Shown one piece after another: positions 18,548 to 27,234 of a DNA stretch of 64,000 nt (its first letter is position 1; each line of letters opens with the position of its first letter). The stretch spans positions 1-64,000 of the IMG/VR virus record IMGVR_UViG_3300044609_000960; one strand, given 5' to 3'. This DNA comes from a virus. The position numbers and the translations under genes are program-made. The notes under the pieces were generated by a model that was given only the letters and a program-made list of their open reading frames with translations, did no database searches and was not told the DNA's origin.

Positions 18548-18570
18548 TTGGGCACTATAGGCCCATATAT

Positions 18571-18642
18571 TCCACAATAGCTCAGCGGTAGAGTCGGTGA
18601 CTGTTAATCACTTGGTCCCTGGTTCGAATCCAGGTTGTGGAG
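18571..18642 (+). tRNA. tRNA-Asn(GTT)
   Basis: TCCACAA/TTGTGGA acceptor; loop CT-GTT-AA. Confidence 0.93.
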
Positions 18643-18677
18643 TTGATAGGGTTGGAAACATCCGATTCTATCAAATT

Positions 18678-18777
18678 GGTTCTGGGTGGAATTCCCAGCA
18701 GTTCCATTTGGGACTGTCCTTTGTAGGTTCGATACCCACATCTTCCTTATGGGAGATAAGAACGGCTATTGGAAACC
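18678..18777 (+). ncRNA. Structured RNA: two tandem circularly permuted T-arm + acceptor-stem minihelices
   Basis: CTGGG-TGGAATT-CCCAG + CAGTTCC-ATTT-GGGACTG; GTAGG-TTCGATA-CCCAC + ATCTTCC-TTAT-GGGAGAT; GGTT/AACC ends. Confidence 0.7.
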
Positions 18778-18849
18778 TCTTATTCACTATCCTCTAATAT
18801 AGTGAAAAACTAAGTGCCTAGTGGCTCTATGGGTACTCATGGAGCCCCT

Positions 18850-18922
18850 TCTCCTGTTAGTCTATTGGTAAGGACGGGTGGACAACACACATAGATACTG
18901 GGTTCGATTCCCAGCCAGGGGA
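18850..18922 (+). ncRNA. tRNA-like RNA with a non-canonical anticodon arm
   Basis: Acceptor TCTCCTG/CAGGGGA, D-arm GTC-TATTGGTAAG-GAC, T-arm CTGGG-TTCGATT-CCCAG; anticodon arm only GTG-GACAACA-CAC, no U33. Confidence 0.7.
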
Positions 18923-18925
18923 AAG

Positions 18926-18980
18926 TGATAGAGGGTAAGCCTCTGCTATATCCTTGAGGTATATTACGCTTACTCCATCA
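18926..18980 (+). ncRNA. Rod-like hairpin RNA in the tRNA array
   Basis: TGAT..GGGTAAGC/GCTTACTC.ATCA outer stem; TATATC/GGTATA inner stem. Confidence 0.5.
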
Positions 18981-18986
18981 AGCAAC

Positions 18987-19035
18987 ACCCCCTAAGCCTA
19001 TCTCGGGACGCCGAATGATGCTCAAACAAGGGGGT
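18987..19035 (+). ncRNA. Rod-like hairpin RNA before tRNA-Met
   Basis: ACCCCCT/AGGGGGT, AGC/GCT, ATC/GAT, TCGG-GACG-CCGA. Confidence 0.45.
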
Positions 19036-19040
19036 CACTT

Positions 19041-19116
19041 GCGGATTTAGCAATCTGGTGAATGCAGCGAACTCATAATTCGCCTTAGGCGTGTTCAATC
19101 CACGCAATCCGCACCA
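19041..19116 (+). tRNA. tRNA-Met(CAT), elongator or Ile2 type, CCA encoded
   Basis: GCGGATT/AATCCGC acceptor; GCGAA-CTCATAA-TTCGC. Confidence 0.9.
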
Positions 19117-19117
19117 G

Positions 19118-19200
19118 GTCTGAGTGGCGGAATTGGTAGACGCCCAGGTTTTAGGTACCTGTGTCCTTGCGACGTGGAGGTTCAAGTCCTCTCTCAGACA
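19118..19200 (+). tRNA. tRNA-Leu(TAG)
   Basis: GTCTGAG/CTCAGAC acceptor, long variable arm, loop TT-TAG-GT. Confidence 0.92.
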
Positions 19201-19233
19201 TTTAAGGTTAAAGATCCTTATTGAAAGAAAATT

Positions 19234-19542
19234 ATGCTTTCTACAGAAACCCGACTGAGGCTAGAGGCAATTGCCGAAAAAATCGCCTTACACAAAGAGG
19301 TCTCTTTTGAAGAGATGCAATGGGCGCAGAAGTGGGCAGATCATAATCGCTCAGCAGCTTCGATACTCAATAAGGCCCGTAGAGTATCAATCAATGGAGT
19401 TCCTGAGAAGGACTCTCTTGATGAGTTTATGAACGATTTAGATCTTGGCGATCCTGATCCTTCTAACCATCTCATCGGACCACAAGATCCAGACACCTTG
19501 GCAAAATGGTTTAAAGCTCCACCATGGCTGAAGAACGATTGA
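19234..19542 (+). CDS. Conserved cyanophage hypothetical protein
   Basis: MLST..RLRLE.I...WA.K...LDLGDPDPSNH pattern. Confidence 0.8.
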   Translation: MLSTETRLRLEAIAEKIALHKEVSFEEMQWAQKWADHNRSAASILNKARRVSINGVPEKDSLDEFMNDLDLGDPDPSNHLIGPQDPDTLAKWFKAPPWLKND

Positions 19543-19792
19543 TTACCGAGGATGAGTTTAGAGAGTTGATGGAGATGGCCCATCGACTCAAGATACGGGA
19601 ACTTTTTGAAGAGCCATCTACCTACGAAGATGAATGCGAGGATTGACAAATGGCTCTTCTTTCACGTCAAGATTATGAAATGGTAATCGAAGCTCTAGAG
19701 TTTTATCTAGAAGCACATTCAACAGATTGCCCAGATTTCGACCATTTAGGGTATAATAACCTAGTTAATTGGTTAAAGATCTGTGTTTCCAA

Positions 19793-19864
19793 GGGCGATT
19801 AACTCAGCGGTAGAGTGCCTCCTTTACACGGAGATGGTCACTGGTTCGAATCCAGTATCGCCCA
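19793..19864 (+). tRNA. tRNA-Val(TAC)
   Basis: GGGCGAT/ATCGCCC acceptor; loop TT-TAC-AC. Confidence 0.93.
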
Positions 19865-19908
19865 TGTCAGAAAATCCTGACAAATGCTTTTTTGTTTAAG
19901 GTAACCAT

Positions 19909-20094
19909 ATGGAAGATATTACTTTTTCAGATAGTTTAAAAATTAAACCCGGTGGGAGCATTAGTTTTACCGGTGATGCTAAAGCTACCCTCATTATTGA
20001 CGATGAGGTAATCACATTATCGGCATCTACATCATTAGAGACTTATTGCCAAAAACACCCAGGGGCACCTGAATGCAAAATTTACGATGTGTAA
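19909..20094 (+). CDS. cp12: CP12-like protein (C-terminal motif only)
   Basis: C-terminal LETYCQKHPGAPECKIYDV. Confidence 0.7.
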   Translation: MEDITFSDSLKIKPGGSISFTGDAKATLIIDDEVITLSASTSLETYCQKHPGAPECKIYDV

Positions 20095-20153
20095 ACTTCT
20101 CTTGACATGACCCCCATCCCTGGAGTATGATTGCTCTAGGGATTTTTTTTGTC

Positions 20154-20678
20154 ATGAACATCTTCTTCCTTGATCACGATCCTAAGACTGCAGCGGAGTA
20201 CCATTGCGATAAGCATGTCAACAAGATGATCATCGAGCATCTTCAAATGATGAGTGTTGCTCTTGCCCATCATGGATTGAATCCTGCTAGGAAGAAAGAC
20301 GGAGAGTTCTATAAAGTCCGCGGGTTTAAGAATCATCCATGCACTCTTTGGGTGAAGGAGTCAGTTTGTAACTTTATGTGGACTTACAAACTAACTTACC
20401 ACCTCTGCGAGGAATTTGAGAAGCGATATGGAAAACCTCACTCGGGGGTTAATAGTCTTGAGTCTATTGATCTACTCGAGGTAAATAAGTTATATCCAAA
20501 TAATGGCTATACTGAGCCTGCTCAAGCAATGCCAGACTACTGCAAAGTTGATGGTTTCCCGGTTAAAGCTTATCGTAATTATTACAACTGGGCCAAGTGG
20601 CGATTTGCTACTTGGAAGACCCAAGAACCTGATTGGTGGGCACCTGGATGTTGCTTAGAGGCTAAAGATGAATACTGA
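20154..20678 (+). CDS. Pyrimidine-dimer DNA glycosylase/DenV-like family protein
   Basis: MNIFFLD.DP..AA..HCDKHV.KM..E..QM, NHPCTLW, QAMPD, AYRNYY. Confidence 0.8.
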   Translation: MNIFFLDHDPKTAAEYHCDKHVNKMIIEHLQMMSVALAHHGLNPARKKDGEFYKVRGFKNHPCTLWVKESVCNFMWTYKLTYHLCEEFEKRYGKPHSGVNSLESIDLLEVNKLYPNNGYTEPAQAMPDYCKVDGFPVKAYRNYYNWAKWRFATWKTQEPDWWAPGCCLEAKDEY

Positions 20679-21315
20679 AAAATATTGCCTCATTGGTGAT
20701 TTGCATGGTCGGATTGATACTCTTGATAAGATTTTAGATAAATCTGAAGGGTATAAATATATCTTCATGGGAGATACAATCCACCACAAACCATTTTTTA
20801 AACGTTCTAAAAGAACTTCTCCGCTTAGAATGCTAAGCAAAATTAAGAAGTTAGTAAAACAAAACCGAGCAACTTTAATCCTTGGTAATAACGAAAACTA
20901 TATTCTTAAAAATCTTCTCCTCCCAGAAGAAGATATCCTGCAAAAAGAAGTTAGGTACACTTTGGGATGCTTACGAGAACTATCTCTTGATGACAGACTC
21001 GATTACCTCCACTGGTTGACTACGTCCCCATTGACCTATGAATTCGAGTCATACGGAAAGATTTATCGTTGCGCCCATGCCTACTACAATCCTAACTACA
21101 CTCCAGAGACCCGAAATAATGTACTCACTGGCATAGGATATCCTTGGTTTAAGACTGATAAGCTCGAAGATCATATTAAACTCGATGCGGAGTATTTCTT
21201 TGGCCATTATGGCTATCCGTACTTCCGCAAAAACCTAAAAATCATCGACGCAACTAACTTCGAAGGGGTGGGGGTATATTACACGGATCGTGAAGAATTC
21301 TTAATCTATTACTAA
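20668..21315 (+). CDS. Calcineurin-like metallophosphoesterase
   Basis: GDLHG, GD, GNNE (for GNHE), AHA, FGHY. Confidence 0.85.
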   Translation: MNTEKYCLIGDLHGRIDTLDKILDKSEGYKYIFMGDTIHHKPFFKRSKRTSPLRMLSKIKKLVKQNRATLILGNNENYILKNLLLPEEDILQKEVRYTLGCLRELSLDDRLDYLHWLTTSPLTYEFESYGKIYRCAHAYYNPNYTPETRNNVLTGIGYPWFKTDKLEDHIKLDAEYFFGHYGYPYFRKNLKIIDATNFEGVGVYYTDREEFLIYY

Positions 21316-21359
21316 TAGGCCCCGGCCTATGATAAAATATTCCCACCTGCCATTCTCTT

Positions 21360-24053
21360 ATGTCAAAGTTGAATTCCCTTGGATATGCTGTTCTTTCCGA
21401 TGTGATGAACTCGAGGGTGTTTGGTGAAGGAACAACTCAGACAGAGCCTGATGAAAAGCATCTCAGAAACGTCAAGCAGGAGATGGAGAAGTTTGGCGTA
21501 GAGTTTCCTGTAAAAAATCCCAGCAATTTCTTCATCGAGGACTTTGCTCTACCTGAACTAAAAGCAAACAACATCAAGGATCATTTTGATGCTATCTCCA
21601 AAGAAGTCTGTGGGGATAAAGTTGAATTGATGAAGGATTTTGCTTATACCGAAATCGGTGAAGCACCGGATAAAACTAAATTTTTTCTGTATGCTGGTTG
21701 GGTCAAGTATCCTTTCAATGGCGAACCAGAAGTTGTCGATGGAATCGAAGAGAATATTGCAGTCTATGACTGTGAGACCTTTGTAAAGGGTAGTGACTTT
21801 GGCCATCCCATCTTGGCCACTGCGGTTACTCCTAAGGCATATTATATTTGGATGCATCCCGCGTTCGTAAATAGTAAGACAGAATATAAGCCAATGCTTG
21901 TGCCCATTGGAGGCAGGGATAAGATTCTAGTTGCTCATAACGTAGCATTTGACCGAGCTCGGACTCAAGAAGCCTATGTCCTTGGCAAAACAAATTCTTG
22001 GTTTGATACGATGTCAGCTCATATTAATGTGAGTGGATTGGCCTCTGGTCAACGTTGGTGGTATTTGCAAAAAGCGGCCAAGAAAGCTACCTATAAAGCC
22101 GATCCTATCTGGGCCGATAAGGGATCTATGAATAATCTTATCGATTGTTATAACTTCCATTGCCAGCCAATGGTCCCTCTCGAGCAAGAAGATAAAAAGA
22201 TCCGAAATATCTTCGTAGATGCCAATTCCATGGAGGAATTTGTTCCCGAACGAGATGATCTTATTGCCTATGCTCTTAACGACGTAAAAATCACCTTTGA
22301 ACTATATTCCATTCTATTCCTCAAATACCTTCAAAATAATCCGTCATTAACGACTCTTGCTGGCCATTTTGGTATCTCTTCTGCTCACCTTCCGGTAGTG
22401 AGTGATTGGGAGAAGTGGTTTGATGATTGTGAGAAGCAATGGGAAACTTCGCTCTCCCGCCAAGAAGAGATCCTTTGCAAAATGGCCGAGGAGGTGTATC
22501 AGTCTTGGAATGAAGGAGAGATTACTGATGAAGATATTAAAGCAGATCCATGGCTCTCCCAACTTGACTGGGAAGCAAACTTTAAACTTACAAAGGCTGG
22601 GAAACCCAGCTCGAAGTGGTACGGAGTGCCTAAGTGGGTGAGGAGCGTATCTGCTAAAGACCTCATCGATGGCAAACCTATAATCCAAGACATCTCAACC
22701 AAAAACCGCCTATCCCATCTCCTCCTCCGTCTCAAGTGGAATGATCAACCTCTGAAGTTTTTCACTGATAAAGGTTGGTGCTTCATGGACGAAGATCTTG
22801 GGGACTATGTACGTATCCCTCATACTGATGGGGAAGGAGTTAATGTCGGAGGAGTATTAACCAAAGATTATGCTGAGGATTTCGAATCTGGGCAATTAAG
22901 TTCCGATCTTCCTGAGGCAAAAGAACTCATCAAACTTGCAATTAATGTGGCATACTGGACTTCGGTAAGGAGTCGTGTGAGGGAACAACTCGTAGAGGAG
23001 ATCAAAACGCCACAGGGAAATAAGTTTAAGATGATTGTTCCCGCCGCAGTTCCTCATAACACTTCGACCAATCGCGCCGGGGAGAATCTTTGGTTGACTG
23101 TTCCTGATCCGAAATATGACAAGATCGGTAGTGAAATCAAGACTCGTGTCCAAGCACCTGAGGGCTATGTATTTGTCCAATCCGACTTCGACGCCCAAGA
23201 GGCAGTAGTTGCGTCGATCTTTGCCGACTCATATCACAAGATTGCCGGAAGCACACAATTTTCCCACTCAATTCTCGCTGGGTCTAAAGATGATGGGACG
23301 GACATGCATTCCATGACTGCAAAAGCTATTGGGATCTCTAGGGCTATTGCAAAGGGATGTAATTATGGCATGTTGTACGGGTGTGGGGCTAAAACTCTTG
23401 CAAATACAATCCGCAAGGGAAACAAAAATATCCCAATGAAACAAGCAGTTGAGATGGGAAATAAACTCATTAAAATTAAGAAGGGTACTAAGGCCTCTAG
23501 TGTCTCTCAGACACTTATCGGTGGTTCTGATTCCTATGCTTACAATGAAATGGCACGTATTGCCAATCTTCCCTCTCCCATTAATCCTCTAAGTGGTACA
23601 AAGATGTCCACGGCCTTCCGCCCGACATCTGTTGGCACTGATTTTTGGACCATGCGTAACAACTGGTGTATTCAATCCACTGGTAGTGCTATGCTCCATG
23701 CCTTCATGACTGCCATGGAATGGTTGATTGCAGAGTATGAACTGGACGCTGAGTTCTGTATGTCAGTTCATGACAGTATCCTGTATCTCTGTCCAGAGTC
23801 CCAGGCTGAGGGGGTTGCAGCTTTGTTCCAAGTAGCTCATGCTTGGTGCTGGGCTTGGATGAGGTATAACTACGGGATCTATGAACTTCCAGTAGCAAAT
23901 GCCTGGCTCTCTTCTATTGAGATCGATAAAATCTTCCGTAAAGCTGCCACTGCGAACACTAAGACCGTTTCTCAGCAAAAATCCGAACTTGATGGTGAAT
24001 CTCGAACCATCCAAGATCTCATCCCAATTTTCAACTCTATGTTTACAAAATGA
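21360..24053 (+). CDS. Family A DNA polymerase, mitochondrial Pol-gamma-like
   Basis: Exo DCET, HNVAFDRAR, YALND; IPHTDGEGVNVG, IGSEIKTRVQAP, motif A DFDAQE, GTDMHSMTA, motif B ISRAIAKGCNYGMLYG, NWCIQS, motif C VHDS. Confidence 0.93.
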   Translation: MSKLNSLGYAVLSDVMNSRVFGEGTTQTEPDEKHLRNVKQEMEKFGVEFPVKNPSNFFIEDFALPELKANNIKDHFDAISKEVCGDKVELMKDFAYTEIGEAPDKTKFFLYAGWVKYPFNGEPEVVDGIEENIAVYDCETFVKGSDFGHPILATAVTPKAYYIWMHPAFVNSKTEYKPMLVPIGGRDKILVAHNVAFDRARTQEAYVLGKTNSWFDTMSAHINVSGLASGQRWWYLQKAAKKATYKADPIWADKGSMNNLIDCYNFHCQPMVPLEQEDKKIRNIFVDANSMEEFVPERDDLIAYALNDVKITFELYSILFLKYLQNNPSLTTLAGHFGISSAHLPVVSDWEKWFDDCEKQWETSLSRQEEILCKMAEEVYQSWNEGEITDEDIKADPWLSQLDWEANFKLTKAGKPSSKWYGVPKWVRSVSAKDLIDGKPIIQDISTKNRLSHLLLRLKWNDQPLKFFTDKGWCFMDEDLGDYVRIPHTDGEGVNVGGVLTKDYAEDFESGQLSSDLPEAKELIKLAINVAYWTSVRSRVREQLVEEIKTPQGNKFKMIVPAAVPHNTSTNRAGENLWLTVPDPKYDKIGSEIKTRVQAPEGYVFVQSDFDAQEAVVASIFADSYHKIAGSTQFSHSILAGSKDDGTDMHSMTAKAIGISRAIAKGCNYGMLYGCGAKTLANTIRKGNKNIPMKQAVEMGNKLIKIKKGTKASSVSQTLIGGSDSYAYNEMARIANLPSPINPLSGTKMSTAFRPTSVGTDFWTMRNNWCIQSTGSAMLHAFMTAMEWLIAEYELDAEFCMSVHDSILYLCPESQAEGVAALFQVAHAWCWAWMRYNYGIYELPVANAWLSSIEIDKIFRKAATANTKTVSQQKSELDGESRTIQDLIPIFNSMFTK

Positions 24054-24227
24054 AACATTTTAAATACGGGGCAAATGTAAAGTTCCTAGGCGGATGTAAT
24101 TATGATCATATTTTGATCAAAAATCAGGTATATTTTGTAGAAAAGACCCTTTCAGAGGGATACGTTATTCTTAGAGGAATCCATGGAAAATTTAACTCAG
24201 ACTGCTTCGAACAGACAACCAAATAAA

Positions 24228-24545
24228 ATGAGTTGGTGGACATATATCTCCACGCATCTCATCCCTGTATGGCTCAAGTCCTTTGAAGATAACTTCAGGA
24301 TGTGGAGAGACTTGATGACTGGCAACTATGCCAATTATGCTCTTCTTGATGATGACGATCCGTTTACAGAATGCTATGAGTGGTTCTGGGCGTCTATTAA
24401 CATGGATGAGACCTATCCGAAAGAGTTCTTGGAGTATCTACAGGACTTATGTGATAGGATAGATAGTGGAGAAGAAGAACTTGTTCCTATGGACCTTGAC
24501 CAACTTAAAAGAATTGAAGAACTGCTCGAGGATGTAGAATCATGA
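24228..24545 (+). CDS. Hypothetical protein
   Basis: ECYEWFW...ETYPKEFLEYL pattern. Confidence 0.7.
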   Translation: MSWWTYISTHLIPVWLKSFEDNFRMWRDLMTGNYANYALLDDDDPFTECYEWFWASINMDETYPKEFLEYLQDLCDRIDSGEEELVPMDLDQLKRIEELLEDVES

Positions 24546-24862
24546 AAAAATTGCCTTATTTTAAATTGATTGAGTTTGTTCGGAGATGGGATTATGGCCA
24601 TGAGTTCTATGTCTCGTTCTTTAAAACATCTAAGTTTGTGGTATTGCAAATTGCCATTGACTATAGCGAATACCCAGGTTGGCCATATTTGCAAATAACC
24701 TCAGGAATGGGCAAACTCTTTGGTATTTTGCTCAATGTCTGGAAAATTGGCATTTCCTTTGATCTATGTGGTTATCCTTGGAGATTTGTCATAGACGATA
24801 TGGAAGAATATCCAACTCTTAAGGAACTATGCGGGGATTCCGATGAAACCACTCCCGAGTGA
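24542..24862 (+). CDS. Hypothetical protein, probable paralog of 27918-28223
   Basis: Aromatic beta-rich pattern; overlap chain. Confidence 0.65.
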   Translation: MKKLPYFKLIEFVRRWDYGHEFYVSFFKTSKFVVLQIAIDYSEYPGWPYLQITSGMGKLFGILLNVWKIGISFDLCGYPWRFVIDDMEEYPTLKELCGDSDETTPE

Positions 24863-24981
24863 TTGGGACTTGAGAATCATGTGGACTGTGGCCACCTCAT
24901 CCAGTATAGAAGGTGGCCCACCAGCCTATGCCAGGTTTGCCAAAATGTTGTATGATAGTCTTGGTGATGAGGAATCTTCTT

Positions 24982-25221
24982 ATGAACTCTTTGAAAGAAA
25001 AGAAAGCCCTTCTCAAGAAACTTGAGGGAGCCTATACCACTTGTTTTGATTGTGGGCGGGAGTATGGAGTATATTCGGTTGGATGCTCGTCCGTGCGGAC
25101 AGGAGAATGCGATGTTTGTGGGAAAGAATCTCGAGTGACTGAAGCACGAGACTTTGGTTATTTCTCCAGGCAAATTCGCCAACTTAAAAAGGAGATTAAA
25201 GATGAGGCCAAACTTTCATAA
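24982..25221 (+). CDS. Small zinc-finger protein
   Basis: CFDCG...CDVCG...VTEARDFGY. Confidence 0.65.
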   Translation: MNSLKEKKALLKKLEGAYTTCFDCGREYGVYSVGCSSVRTGECDVCGKESRVTEARDFGYFSRQIRQLKKEIKDEAKLS

Positions 25222-25380
25222 AGTTTTGGAAATGGCCCTTGAAGAAGGCGTCCGATTCGGTTATAATCGTGCTCATAAGCACGTAGAGAACCCACATGAG
25301 GATGCCGTAGTTGATTGCGTGGTTCAAGGTGCTATGAATTCTATTTCTGAATGGTTTATTTTTGAAGAGGAAGTTTCTGA

Positions 25381-25665
25381 ATGAGTTTTTCTAAGACTGT
25401 TTCTGTTTGTGCTGCTCTTGCAAGTATCTTTGCTGCTGGTACTGCTGGATGGAAATTGGCAAATGAAAATCAAACGATCCCAGTAGAACAGGGACAAGAT
25501 GTCTCTGTTTTTGAAGAAAAAATTAATAAACTCGAGGAGAAATTAAAAGAAGTGGAGGAAAAACCTACTCCAGAAGCAACATCGGCTCCGGTAGTAGTGC
25601 AACAACCTCCCGTTCTTCCTCCTCTGCCACCTGTACCCGAACCTCAACCCGGAGAAGTTGAATGA
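25381..25665 (+). CDS. Membrane-anchored coiled-coil, Pro-rich protein
   Basis: N-terminal hydrophobic segment, C-terminal PPVLPPLPPVP. Confidence 0.7.
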   Translation: MSFSKTVSVCAALASIFAAGTAGWKLANENQTIPVEQGQDVSVFEEKINKLEEKLKEVEEKPTPEATSAPVVVQQPPVLPPLPPVPEPQPGEVE

Positions 25666-25870
25666 CTTACGATCAACTCTACGAGCACGTTGTTGCTTAT
25701 GTTGCCATGCCACATACTACTATTACTGTGCATGATAAACGTCGTGCTTGTTTGATTCTGGGTGCATTTATGGAATTTAACCTTGATTGCCTAGATGAAG
25801 GCGTAGATCCACGAACGCTCGATATTACTAGTTTTATCAACGAGAAACTTGACATTTTGGAAGGTAAGAA

Positions 25871-26308
25871 ATGAAAACCTATAATCTCACCATCACTGAA
25901 AAGCAGGCACGAGCACTTGTAGATGCTACTGATTTGCTTCAAAGAGTTCAACTGGGTCAATGGAGAGAAATTCAAGATAATCTACCTCTTCAAAAACCTA
26001 TTGATTATGAGGAATTTCATCAAGATATGAGAATTATTGGAGCAATTCTATCCAAACATATGATTGATGGTATTGATGGTGGTGCTTCCTCACTTGGAGT
26101 AGGACATCCAGACCTTCCAGAAAGTAATGGTATTCTTTATGACCTTCATCGGGTCCTTCGTAGGAAACTTTCTATCGAACGAGCAGTAGAACAGGGTATC
26201 ATTGAGAATGAAAATGTTTCCAGAAATAAAATGCCGATTACTGTAGACTTTGATATTCCTATGAAATGGGGGACTGAACCACTTGCTAAAATGGAAAGGG
26301 TCAGTTGA
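25871..26308 (+). CDS. Hypothetical protein
   Basis: 145-aa ORF in overlap chain. Confidence 0.7.
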   Translation: MKTYNLTITEKQARALVDATDLLQRVQLGQWREIQDNLPLQKPIDYEEFHQDMRIIGAILSKHMIDGIDGGASSLGVGHPDLPESNGILYDLHRVLRRKLSIERAVEQGIIENENVSRNKMPITVDFDIPMKWGTEPLAKMERVS

Positions 26309-26377
26309 ACAACTGGCATAAGGGCATCTCCACAGGTGCTCTTTTTGTCTTATAATAACTTCAGTTCAAATAAACCA
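26302..26377 (+). promoter_or_regulatory. Repeated promoter/leader cassette, copy 1
   Basis: CAGTTGAACAACTGGC..GGGCATC-TCCACA-GGTGCTC-TTTTT..TATAAT..ATG. Confidence 0.7.
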
Positions 26378-26714
26378 ATGGACGACCAGCACACTCTTGA
26401 CGTTCAAATTGCTGACACACTTGAGAAGATCCAACACGTCAATCCTGTTCTGTATGGCATGTGGTATAGCAAGTTGTACCCTCCTCATGGTGATAACAAA
26501 TACTGGACCACTGAAACTCTCGTCCGTTTGAACAACCTTTTGAAATGATTAGAGCAATCCTCAATCAGTTCCCTGCTCGCTATGGATCTTATTCTGCTGA
26601 AGGTAACAAGATCCGCCGAACATTCTCTAGTGGTTTTAGTTACATCGCAAAAGAATGTAAATCACTACAAGAAGCACAACGCATCGTAAAAGATCTCAAT
26701 CAACTTTTAAGCAA

Positions 26715-27002
26715 ATGACCGAAACCAAAACCTATCCTTACCTCAAATACATTCCACATTTTGTTGCAATTCGGTTGATTGTACTTGGTCCGGTTGCGAT
26801 TGCACAAGCGATAGCAGAGTTTATTTCTAACTCTCTGGACAAAGTATGCCATAAGATTGATAAATTTCTTCCAGAACCTTATATCGAGAAACAAGTAGAA
26901 TGGGATCAGTTGCCCAAACGAAATCAAGAAGCGATTGAGTATCTTGCAAAAGCACGAGACACTACCAAAGAACGAATTCTCATTCAAACTGTGAAACCAT
27001 GA
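26715..27002 (+). CDS. Hypothetical protein
   Basis: Overlap chain. Confidence 0.65.
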   Translation: MTETKTYPYLKYIPHFVAIRLIVLGPVAIAQAIAEFISNSLDKVCHKIDKFLPEPYIEKQVEWDQLPKRNQEAIEYLAKARDTTKERILIQTVKP

Positions 27003-27234
27003 CTAGATCATTACCACAAAAAACACATGCAGAGACACTAATCAAAGTCACGGAAGAATACACTCTACGACCCAAAACAGGTGATCGTGCTCGGGTATGT
27101 ATTGCTACTCTCCAATATCTGCTGGATAACTTTGCTTGCAATGTTGAGTATGATGCTGATGGTTGGGGTAATTCTGTTAAATGTGTAGAAACCGAAGACA
27201 TCGAACATCTTATTTACCAACTACAAAAACTGAA

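Noticed and set aside
18678-18850. Permuted two-piece tmRNA
   Set aside because: G3-U70 is present, but there is no encoded CCA, no GGxTTCGAC-type 5' motif, no tag reading frame and too little length
18597-19185. ORFs 18597-18797(+) and 18970-19185(-)
   Set aside because: Overlap tRNAs and structured RNAs
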